DNA of 40,000 nucleotides from positions 24,733 to 64,732 of the forward strand of contig NZ_NSKB01000001.1 in assembly GCF_002286975.1 (NCBI RefSeq), given 5' to 3'. Under the pieces are notes generated by a model. It did no database searches. It worked only from the letters and a program-made list of their open reading frames with translations, and was not told the DNA's origin. Positions 23,880-31,607 of the stretch are shown piece after piece. Each line of letters starts with the position of its first letter. The first letter of the stretch is position 1. The stretch is from Halomonas salipaludis (GTDB lineage: Bacteria; Pseudomonadota; Gammaproteobacteria; Pseudomonadales; Halomonadaceae). The position numbers and the translations under genes are program-made.

Positions 23880-23960
23880 CAATGCCATTAAATCTGTTCC
23901 GGGGCGATGGCCCTCCATCGGACGCCCCTGTCAGTTCATCGCTTATGGCTGGCGTTGGAT
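23874..23960 (+). other. attC site 26
   Basis: R'' ACGTAAC ... R' GTTGGAT. Confidence 0.75.
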
Positions 23961-23984
23961 GGCAGAAAACGAATAGAGGTGACC

Positions 23985-24165
23985 ATGTTCAGAGGCATTA
24001 ATGTTGTCTCCATATCAGTGTCCGACCTTGATGAGGCGCGAAATTAGATGTGATGACCCCGAGATATTTCCAGGGTATGTGACCTTCTGCAGCTTCTACG
24101 ATCCTTTTGGAAATCGACTGCAGATGTGTAGTCCGGCTCCAGATTCTCGGAACCAGAAGTTGTGA
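23985..24165 (+). pseudogene. VOC/glyoxalase gene remnant (internal deletion plus frame change) (cassette 27)
   Basis: 'MFRGINVVSISVSDLDEARN*' (VOC N-terminus), then in another frame '...FCSFYDPFGNRLQMC...*' (VOC C-terminus). About 180 nt in total. Confidence 0.6.
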
Positions 24166-24173
24166 TACCGATC

Positions 24174-24244
24174 GCTCAACGCAGTAAAATTCCCCACTCC
24201 CTGCGGTCGTCGGACGCTCGCTCCTTGCGCCGTTCATGTTGAGC
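24174..24244 (+). other. attC site 27
   Basis: R'' GCTCAAC ... R' GTTGAGC (perfectly complementary cores). Confidence 0.8.
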
Positions 24245-24294
24245 GTATCGAAGATGCGTTCAACGAAGGTGACAGGGCGTTTTTACGTGTACAA

Positions 24295-24366
24295 GCCCAA
24301 CAAGCACTAGCAGCAGATGTTACGTGCGATGCGCGCTCGAGCTACTGCTAAAGCTGGTCGTTGGGC
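24295..24366 (+). other. attC site 28 (closes an ORF-less ~120-bp cassette)
   Basis: R'' GCCCAAC. Stem GCACTAGCAGCAG / CTACTGCTAAAGC. R' GTTGGGC. Confidence 0.8.
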
Positions 24367-24390
24367 CGCACTACCTGCATCCTATTGGCC

Positions 24391-24837
24391 TCAGAGCCAG
24401 CGGCGCACCCTGGCCTTGTAGCTGAGGTAATTTTCACCGAATTTTCTAAGCATTGCCCGTTCCTCGATGGGAATGTACCAATAGTTTGTGAGGAGGCCGA
24501 ATCCTAATAATGCGAGTAACGGAGTTGCTGAACCTTGCACTATCCAGACTCCAGTAAGGGTGATGAGAAAGCCCAGGTACATGGGATTGCGGGAGAATCG
24601 GAAAAGGCCGTCGGTTGTGAGAATATCGGGGTCTTTGAAAGTGTTTATATTGGTTCCAAGCTTTTTGAAAAGATGTGCATGCCATTGAGAAATGAACAGC
24701 CCGAGAACAATCACCGGTATTCCGATCCAGCGGGCATGCGCCTCCCAGAACCGCACGAGTGGGATGTACTGATTTAGTATGATCATATGCATGATAGTGA
24801 ACAACATAACAGCGGGAGGTGGCAGAAATATGCGCAT
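24391..24837 (-). CDS. Isoprenylcysteine carboxyl methyltransferase (ICMT)/phospholipid methyltransferase-family membrane protein
   Basis: 148 aa from 'MRIFLPPP...', with 'GLFRFSRNPMYLGFLITLTG' and 'EERAMLRKFGENYLSYKARVRRW'. The upstream 122 codons of the ORF-track call are rejected. Confidence 0.75.
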   Translation of the reverse strand: MRIFLPPPAVMLFTIMHMIILNQYIPLVRFWEAHARWIGIPVIVLGLFISQWHAHLFKKLGTNINTFKDPDILTTDGLFRFSRNPMYLGFLITLTGVWIVQGSATPLLALLGFGLLTNYWYIPIEERAMLRKFGENYLSYKARVRRWL

Positions 24838-24951
24838 GAGTATCTCCGAATTAGTGTGTGATGTCGCGCAACTATGCCTCGTGTACAAGGCCATGTCATT
24901 AACCCGGGTTATCTTGCCGTGATAAACAATCCGACTCCATTGATCGCGAAG

Positions 24952-25506
24952 ATGGTGCTTGAGCAGTTGCCCTCTGAAATACTGCCGGACTGGCATAAAG
25001 TTGATGCAGCTGTCCGGGTTAAACATGTACGAGCTGGCGATTTCCTGTTCAGGGTGGAAGAGCAGCACCCTGTTGTTTACTTCGTGAAACATGGAATTAT
25101 TAAAATGGTTTATGAGACCATGGACGGGAAGGCTTGGATCAAGGCGTTTGCAGAAGAAGGCAGGTTTTTTGCAAGCCTGACGGCTCTGGAAACGAATGGA
25201 CATACCAGCTTCTCAGCGTATGCTGTGTGCAATGCCACTGTTGAACAATTGCCCTATAAGGTGCTTCTCGAATTAGCAGATACTCATCCAGCTTGGCAAA
25301 GAGCCCTCAGGCGCGCATTCGAGATCTACGGATTTCGAAAGGAAACACGTGAGAAAGAGTTGCTGACGCTTTCCCCGGAGGAGCGTTACGTGCATTTCAT
25401 TAAAGACCGGGAACGGCTAGCTGAGCGCCTAGCAGATAAGGACATAGCAGGTTATATCCGGGTCACACCTGTTGCCCTTAGTCGAATAAAAAGGCGAGTT
25501 CGGTAA
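24952..25506 (+). CDS. Crp/Fnr-family (cyclic-nucleotide-binding domain) transcriptional regulator
   Basis: 'RAGDFLFRVEEQHPVVYFVKHGIIKMVY...' cNMP-binding beta-roll plus C-terminal HTH 'DIAGYIRVTPVALSRIKRR'. The start is uncertain (24874-24952). Confidence 0.7.
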   Translation: MVLEQLPSEILPDWHKVDAAVRVKHVRAGDFLFRVEEQHPVVYFVKHGIIKMVYETMDGKAWIKAFAEEGRFFASLTALETNGHTSFSAYAVCNATVEQLPYKVLLELADTHPAWQRALRRAFEIYGFRKETREKELLTLSPEERYVHFIKDRERLAERLADKDIAGYIRVTPVALSRIKRRVR

Positions 25507-25635
25507 ATTCCCAGCAGAGTGCTTTACCCCGTTGGAAGAAATTTCCCCAGCATGCGAGCAAACCGGCATCATCATTCGTTGCAAGGATGCCCTGACGCGA
25601 CTGTGATTCTTGTCGTTATGAATAAGGAGTTATTT

Positions 25636-26256
25636 ATGAAGCTGGAGCTGCCGACACTGGTGTCACGAGATCCTGAATCATTGGTTGATTGCATTGCATA
25701 TCGCCGCAGTTATAGAGAGTTTAGTGAAGCCGCGTTGTCGATTAACGCTCTTTCCCTGTTACTTTGGTCTGCCCAAGGAATAACTGGACAGGATGGTAAA
25801 AGGGCGACGCCGTCAGCCGGTGGGTTATACCCACTGCACCTCCGAATCTTGGTGCAACGAGTTGAGAGTCTAGAGCCTGGTGTTTACGATTATACGCCTG
25901 ATGCTCATTCACTAGAACGAGTTGGTGGCCATGTTACGGAAGGAGTAGTCCGTGAACTTGGTATTGGCGATCAACCATGGCTGGAAGAAGCAGCGCTTGT
26001 CATTGGAGTCACAGTGGAACTCGAAGCTACCATTAAGCACTTTGAGTCTCAGCCACCCAATGGAGAGCGCGGTGTTCGATACGCGTATATGGAAGCTGGT
26101 GCTTTGACACAAAATGTTCATCTCCAGAGTACTGCTCTTGGAGTCGGTTGTGTTCTAGTAGCGGGATTCGATGATTCAAGGGCGAAGAAAGTATTGAGGC
26201 TGCCTTCAGGCTTGGAACCAGCAGCACTATTGTGTATCGGGATCAGGAAGAAATAA
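25636..26256 (+). CDS. SagB-type / nitroreductase-family dehydrogenase
   Basis: ATG 25636 lies 6 nt after AAGGAG. Sequence 'RRSYREFS...LSLLLWSAQGITG...ATPSAGGLYPL..' and 'AGALTQNVHLQSTALGVGCV'. Confidence 0.7.
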   Translation: MKLELPTLVSRDPESLVDCIAYRRSYREFSEAALSINALSLLLWSAQGITGQDGKRATPSAGGLYPLHLRILVQRVESLEPGVYDYTPDAHSLERVGGHVTEGVVRELGIGDQPWLEEAALVIGVTVELEATIKHFESQPPNGERGVRYAYMEAGALTQNVHLQSTALGVGCVLVAGFDDSRAKKVLRLPSGLEPAALLCIGIRKK

Positions 26257-26589
26257 GTGGTTGTGGTATTGCAGCAAGCGCTGCTCTAGCAGGTATAAGC
26301 TATGTAGAGGCCAAGCGTAGGGCAAACGCACTGGGCATTTATGCCGCAGATACGTCGCCCTAGTTGCTTGAACTTTATGCCAGATACCCCTCGGAGCGCG
26401 CTGATGGGGAGCTCCAGGTGTTAGGCGCTCTGGACACTGTGATAGACCGACTAGTATCATCGTTGTATGTACCGTCGCTTTATAACGCTCCGGTTACGGA
26501 ATTTATTGAAAAGCTGCGCTGAATGTTGGCGACGCTGTCGCTACTTCCATTATCCGTGACCTGGGCCGGGCTTGATGTAGATAGCCGTT

Positions 26590-26648
26590 GCCCAACAATG
26601 CCAGGCAACCGACGTTTGCACCACCCTCGGCTGGTGGCAGCGTAATGA
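26590..26648 (+). other. attC site 29 with degenerate R' (GTAATGA)
   Basis: R'' GCCCAAC. Stem TGCCAGG.. / CTGGTGGCA. ...agcGTAATGA. Confidence 0.55.
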
Positions 26649-26656
26649 GGATAAAC

Positions 26657-27085
26657 ATGATACGTGATTTCATTGCTTCGGATATGGATAGTGTTCTGAG
26701 TATCTGGCTAGAATCTTCGGCCAAGGCGCACGACTTTGTTGATCGCGCGTTCTGGGAATCCAAGCTGGATGATATGAGAAACATCTATATACCAGCCTCA
26801 GAGACTTATGTGTACGAATCGGGCAGTGAGGTGAAAGGTTTTTTTTCGCTCTATGAGGATACGCTGGCGGCCATTTTCGTGGCACCTGATTGCCAGGGAC
26901 AAGGAATTGGTCAGATTTTGATGGCAAAAGCCAAATCGCTGCGTGAGCGTATTACCTTAGACGTCTACAAGGAGAATCAGAAGACCGTAGACTTCTATGA
27001 GCGCTGCGGTTTCCGGGTAGTGTCCGAAAAAAAGGACCCACACACAGGGCATGCTGAGTTGGTGATGGAGTTTCACTCATGCTAG
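26657..27085 (+). CDS. GNAT family N-acetyltransferase (last cassette)
   Basis: ATG 26657 follows GAGGA. Motif 'VAPDCQGQGIGQILMAKA' and 'VDFYERCGF'. Confidence 0.8.
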   Translation: MIRDFIASDMDSVLSIWLESSAKAHDFVDRAFWESKLDDMRNIYIPASETYVYESGSEVKGFFSLYEDTLAAIFVAPDCQGQGIGQILMAKAKSLRERITLDVYKENQKTVDFYERCGFRVVSEKKDPHTGHAELVMEFHSC

Positions 27086-27184
27086 GGGGCAGGCTTTGTC
27101 TGAAAAGTCGGCGAACGAAGGACAGACAGGGCAAAAATCGATGTGAAGACGGACTGGGCTCGCACACGAGTTTACGCGGTGTAA

Positions 27185-28297
27185 ATGAGTATGCCGACTA
27201 AAATAACCCTTAACCACCTGCGCCGTTATGCCATTTCGCGCAGCCTGTTCAAGCCGCGAGCCTTGCAGCGCGCCATCACCAAACTGGGTTTCGTCCAGTT
27301 TGATCCGATACGTGCACCCGCACGGGCGCAAGACTTGACGCTGCGCCATCGTGTCACCGACTACCGAGCCGGTGACCTGGAAGCGCGTTACCCTCGTCTG
27401 GCTGTCGAGGAAGATTTCTTCGTTAACTACGGTATTCTGCCGCGGTTCACGCAATGCATGATGCACCCTCGAACGACGCGCACCGAGTGGCCGCCCTCAC
27501 GCTGGGCACAGGCGCGTGCCGTACTGGAGTTCGTGCAGAGCCGCGGTGTGGTTCACCCACGCGAAGTGGACGCCGCCTTTGAGCATGGCGTGACCAAGAA
27601 CTGGTTCGGCGGCAATAGCCGGGCCAGTACCCAACTGCTGGATGGCATGCACTATCGTGGTCTGCTGCGCGTGGCACGACGCGAAGGCGGCACGCGTCTT
27701 TACGCACCAGAGCTTGCCCATGAACGTGACCACCCGATGGACCCTGATGTTAGCCTGGACGCACTGATCGACGTGGCAGTGGCGAAGTACGCGCCGCTGC
27801 CGGCGGTCACGCTCAGCCGCCTCGTCACATGGGTGGCTTCTTCGGCGGTTCCGCAGTGGCGCGAGCGCCGCCGTGATGCACTGGCGCGTACCAAAGCACG
27901 GCTACCCCAGGCCACGGTGGGTGGGTGCCATTGGTACTGGCCGGTCGGCGAGAACCCCGGCAGTCGTCGCTTTGCCAACGACGACGTGTTGGACGAGCGT
28001 CTGCGCCTGCTGGCACCGTTCGACCCGGTGGTTTGGGACCGCGAACGCTTCGAACGCTTCTGGGGCTGGGCCTACCGCTTCGAGGCCTACACGCCGGCAC
28101 CACAGCGCGTGCGTGGCTACTATGCGTTACCCATGCTGTGGCGTGGCCAGGTCATCGGCTGGGCCAATGCTGCCGTGCGTGACGGGCATTTGCAGTTGCA
28201 GCCAGGCTATGTGAGCGGACGTGCCCCGCGCGATGCTGCGTTCGAGTCTGCATTGCAGGAGGAGCGGGTGCGTTTGGAGTGGTTTCTCGGGCTGTGA
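27185..28297 (+). CDS. YcaQ/AlkZ-like winged-helix DNA glycosylase-family protein
   Basis: 370 aa with 'LGFVQFDPIRAPARAQDLTLRHRVTDYRAGDLE' and 'YYALPMLWRGQVIGWAN'. High-GC core-genome composition. Confidence 0.65.
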   Translation: MSMPTKITLNHLRRYAISRSLFKPRALQRAITKLGFVQFDPIRAPARAQDLTLRHRVTDYRAGDLEARYPRLAVEEDFFVNYGILPRFTQCMMHPRTTRTEWPPSRWAQARAVLEFVQSRGVVHPREVDAAFEHGVTKNWFGGNSRASTQLLDGMHYRGLLRVARREGGTRLYAPELAHERDHPMDPDVSLDALIDVAVAKYAPLPAVTLSRLVTWVASSAVPQWRERRRDALARTKARLPQATVGGCHWYWPVGENPGSRRFANDDVLDERLRLLAPFDPVVWDRERFERFWGWAYRFEAYTPAPQRVRGYYALPMLWRGQVIGWANAAVRDGHLQLQPGYVSGRAPRDAAFESALQEERVRLEWFLGL

Positions 28298-28363
28298 GCG
28301 CTTTGGTTAAGGGCTGCACCTGATGGCCCGTTTCGATATCTCTTGGAATGAGGGTGGGGCCGA

Positions 28364-29263
28364 CTACTTCGCTGCCAACGCCACGCTCACTTTCGAGCGA
28401 TTCGGCCGGCCGATGGCCTGGGTGATCCAGGTGCCGGTGTCGGCAAGCTTGTTCAGGTCGATGCCGGTCTCGATGCCGAGGCCGTTGAGCAGATAGACGA
28501 CGTCTTCACTGGCGACGTTACCGGAGGCGCCCTTGGCGTAGGGGCAGCCGCCGAGGCCGGCGACGGAGCTGTCGATTACGCTGATGCCTTCTTCCAGCAC
28601 GGCGTAGAGGTTGGCCAGCGCTTGGCCATAGGTGTCGTGGAAGTGGGCGGCGAGCTTTCCCATGGGGATGTCGCGGCTCACGGTTTCGACCATGCGCTTG
28701 GCGGCGAGCGGGGTGCCAACGCCGATGGTGTCGCCGAGGGAGACTTCGTAGCAGCCCATCTCATAGAGCGCCTTGGAGACGTCGGCGACCTTGGCGGGGG
28801 CGATCTCGCCTTCATAGGGGCAGCCGAGCACGCAGGAGACGTAGCCGCGCACGCGCACCTTGGCTTGCTTGGCGCGTTCCAGCACGGGCTCGAAGCGCGC
28901 CAGGGATTCGGCGACCGAGCAGTTGATGTTCTTCTGCGAGAAAGCTTCGCTTGCTGCGCCGAATACTGCCACTTCCTCGACGCCGCACTCGAGTGCTGCT
29001 TCCAGCCCCTTGAGGTTGGGGGTGAGGGCGGTGTAGGTGACGCCTGGCCGACGCGTGAGGCCGGTCATCACTTCACGGTGGTCGGCCATCTGCGGCACCC
29101 ACTTGGGCGAGACGAAGCTGGCGGCTTCGATGTAGGTGATGCCGGCGGCGGCGAGGCGGTCGATCAGTTCGAGCTTGGTGGCCGTGGCGATCGGGCTGGG
29201 CTCGTTCTGCAGCCCGTCGCGGGGGCTGACCTCGACCAGGCGTACCTGTTTTGGGAAGGGCAT
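28364..29263 (-). CDS. liuE: Hydroxymethylglutaryl-CoA lyase
   Basis: '[15 protein letters not shown]', '[19 protein letters not shown]', '[12 protein letters not shown]'. It is the last gene of the liu cluster. Confidence 0.9.
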   Translation of the reverse strand: MPFPKQVRLVEVSPRDGLQNEPSPIATATKLELIDRLAAAGITYIEAASFVSPKWVPQMADHREVMTGLTRRPGVTYTALTPNLKGLEAALECGVEEVAVFGAASEAFSQKNINCSVAESLARFEPVLERAKQAKVRVRGYVSCVLGCPYEGEIAPAKVADVSKALYEMGCYEVSLGDTIGVGTPLAAKRMVETVSRDIPMGKLAAHFHDTYGQALANLYAVLEEGISVIDSSVAGLGGCPYAKGASGNVASEDVVYLLNGLGIETGIDLNKLADTGTWITQAIGRPNRSKVSVALAAK

Positions 29264-29293
29264 GGCGGCCTCCTGGTGACTGGTTTATGACGG

Positions 29294-29535
29294 GCAGCGC
29301 TGCGCGCTGCAATCGCGAATGAATTCGCTCCTAAAGGAAAATACCGCCAAACGCCGATGTAGGAGCGGCTTTAGCCGCGATAGGATTGGCTCGGCCAGCA
29401 GCGCTGCGCGCTGCAATCGCGACTGAAGTCGCTCCTACACTGGGTGGTGCTGTTCGCTGTAATCGCGACTGAAGTCGCTCCTACACTGGGTGGTGCTGTG
29501 CGCTGCAATCGCGACTGAAGTCGCTCCTACACTGG
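29294..29535. repeat. REP-type palindromic element cluster (about 5 copies, three in 46-bp tandem)
   Basis: Repeated 'gctgcaatcgcGACTgaAGTCgctcctacactgg' units at about 29397-29443, 29444-29489 and 29490-29535. One inverted copy 'gtaggagcggctttagccgcgat' at about 29359. Confidence 0.85.
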
Positions 29536-29549
29536 AGTGGCGCTGGTCG

Positions 29550-31607
29550 CTATTCGTCTGGTGTGAACTCGAGCAGCACATCCCCTTGGCCGACGGTATC
29601 GCCGGCGGCGAAGTGGAAGCTTTCCACCTGGCCGTCGGCGGGGGCGGTGAGGGTGTGTTCCATCTTCATGGCTTCCATGACCATCAGCGGCATGCCTTTC
29701 TCTACCTTCTGGCCGGCTTCGACGAGCAGCGCGACCACGGTGCCGTGCATGGGAGCGGTCAGGGTCGATTCTACTTCGTGGTGGCCGTGGTCGATGGCGT
29801 CGATGCGGCGCCACAGTCGGCGGCTTTCACCGCGAGGATCGACCATCACGATGCTGTTGTCACCCTCCAGCCGTGCCTGCAGGCGGCGGCGATGGCCGTC
29901 GAGGGTTATCGCCACGGCGTCGCCTTCCAGCGGCTGCAGGCTGGCGGTGAGGGTCTCGCTGCCGATGGTGAGGCACCACGGGGCGGCGTCGCTCTCGCGG
30001 GTGCCCTCTACCACTATGGTGCTGGTTTCATCCTGCCGGTCGCACAGGGCGATGCGGATGCCGTGCGGGGCGTTGAGGCGGAAGCCGTCGTGGCGGTCCC
30101 AGGGGGAGTCGCTCTCCCGCTCGTGGCCTAATTGGTCCAGGGCGATCAGCGCTGCGCTGGCGTATTCCTCTGTAGTGGGGTGCTCGGCGGCGAACAGGGT
30201 GGCGTGGTGGCGCTCGATAAAGCGGGTATCCAGCTCGGCGGCCTTGAACGCTGGGTGGGTGGCCAGACGCTGCAGGAAGGCGCGGTTGGTCACCACGCCC
30301 TGTACGTCCAGCGCGGCCAGCGCTCGGTTGAGAGTGGCGAGTGCCTGGTCGCGGTCGTCGCCGTGGGCGATCAGCTTGGCCAGCATCGGGTCGTAGTGCA
30401 TGGAAACGGCGTCGCCGCTCTCCACGCCGCTATCCAGGCGCACACGCGCGCGGCCCTTTTCATAAGAGCTAAGGCCGGCGCCTGCGAGGTCCATAGCGAA
30501 GCGCGTCAGGGTGCCGGTGGCGGGCAGGAAGTCCTGCAGCGGGTCTTCGGCGTAGAGCCGCGCCTCGAAACTGTGGCCGCTGATGGTCAGTTCGTCCTGC
30601 TTGAGCGGCAGGGTTTCGCCCATGGCCACCCGCAGCTGCCACTCGACCAGGTCCTGGCCGGTGATCATCTCGGTGACGGGGTGCTCCACCTGCAGGCGGG
30701 TGTTCATCTCCATAAAGTAGAAGGCGCCGTCCCGCTCTTGTGAAGAGCCTTGTGAAGAGTCCAGCAGGAACTCGACGGTGCCCGCGCCCACGTAGCCGAT
30801 CTCCTTGGCGGCGCGCACCGCAGCCTCGCCCATCTCGCGGCGCAGCTCGGCGGTCATGCCGGGGGCGGGGGCTTCCTCGAGCACCTTCTGGTGGCGGCGC
30901 TGTACCGAGCAGTCGCGCTCGAACAGGTAGACGCCGTTGCCGTGACTGTCGCAGAACACCTGGACCTCGACGTGGCGCGGCTGGGTCAGGTACTTCTCGA
31001 TCAGCATGCGGGCATCGTTGAAGGCGGCCTGGGACTCGCGGCGGCAGCCGTCCAGCGCGGCCTGGAAGTCGGCGCCGGACTCGACCACGCGCATGCCCTT
31101 GCCGCCGCCGCCGGCACTGGCCTTGAGTAGCACCGGGTAGCCGATCTTGTCGGCCTCGCTACGCAGCAGGGCGTCGTCCTGGTCGTGGCCGTGGTAGCCG
31201 GGCACCAGCGGCACCCCGGCGTTGGCCATGCGCGCCTTGGCGGCGGACTTGTCGCCCATGGCGGCAATCGCCGCGGCGGGCGGGCCGACGAAGACGATGC
31301 CGGCGGCGTCCAGCGCTTCGACGAAGGCGCCGTTCTCGGAGAGGAAACCGTAGCCGGGGTGAATGGCGCCGGCGCCGCTGCGCTGGGCGGCCTCCACCAC
31401 CGCCTCGACGTTGAGGTAGCTGTCGCGGGCGGCGGCGGGGCCGATGCGTATGGCCTCGTCGGCTTCGCGGACGTGGCGGGCGCTGGCATCGGCATCCGAG
31501 TAGACGGCCACGGTGCGCAGGCCCATGCGGCGTGCGGTGCGCATCACGCGGCAGGCGATCTCGCCACGGTTGGCAACCAGCAGGGTATCGAAGCGGGCGG
31601 TGGTCAT
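29550..31607 (-). CDS. liuD: 3-methylcrotonyl-CoA carboxylase alpha (biotin carboxylase + BCCP) subunit
   Basis: 685 aa with 'LLVANRGEIACRVMRTARRMG', an ATP-grasp, and the C-terminal biotinyl site 'VMEAMKMEH'. Confidence 0.9.
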   Translation of the reverse strand: MTTARFDTLLVANRGEIACRVMRTARRMGLRTVAVYSDADASARHVREADEAIRIGPAAARDSYLNVEAVVEAAQRSGAGAIHPGYGFLSENGAFVEALDAAGIVFVGPPAAAIAAMGDKSAAKARMANAGVPLVPGYHGHDQDDALLRSEADKIGYPVLLKASAGGGGKGMRVVESGADFQAALDGCRRESQAAFNDARMLIEKYLTQPRHVEVQVFCDSHGNGVYLFERDCSVQRRHQKVLEEAPAPGMTAELRREMGEAAVRAAKEIGYVGAGTVEFLLDSSQGSSQERDGAFYFMEMNTRLQVEHPVTEMITGQDLVEWQLRVAMGETLPLKQDELTISGHSFEARLYAEDPLQDFLPATGTLTRFAMDLAGAGLSSYEKGRARVRLDSGVESGDAVSMHYDPMLAKLIAHGDDRDQALATLNRALAALDVQGVVTNRAFLQRLATHPAFKAAELDTRFIERHHATLFAAEHPTTEEYASAALIALDQLGHERESDSPWDRHDGFRLNAPHGIRIALCDRQDETSTIVVEGTRESDAAPWCLTIGSETLTASLQPLEGDAVAITLDGHRRRLQARLEGDNSIVMVDPRGESRRLWRRIDAIDHGHHEVESTLTAPMHGTVVALLVEAGQKVEKGMPLMVMEAMKMEHTLTAPADGQVESFHFAAGDTVGQGDVLLEFTPDE

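Noticed and set aside
24838-25203. Upstream 122 codons of the 270-aa minus-strand ORF (ICMT gene)
   Set aside because: This part is antisense to the Crp/Fnr gene. The ICMT-family similarity and the TM segments begin at Met 24837.
26418-26424. GTTAGGC core-like heptamer inside the multi-gene cassette
   Set aside because: There is no matching R'' or L''/L' stem upstream, so it is probably a chance occurrence or the relic of a lost attC.
26259-26520. Possible gene fragment '...GCGIAASAALAGISYVEAKRRANALGI...' (cysteine-peptidase-like?)
   Set aside because: It is interrupted by a stop, has no start or RBS, and the family assignment is only a vague impression. It is mentioned under the multi-gene cassette finding but not annotated.
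27083-27176. Putative attC after the last cassette
   Set aside because: Its ends (GCTAGGG ... TTTACGC) are not complementary, and no L''/L' pairing could be drawn. It is reported only as an unresolved boundary.
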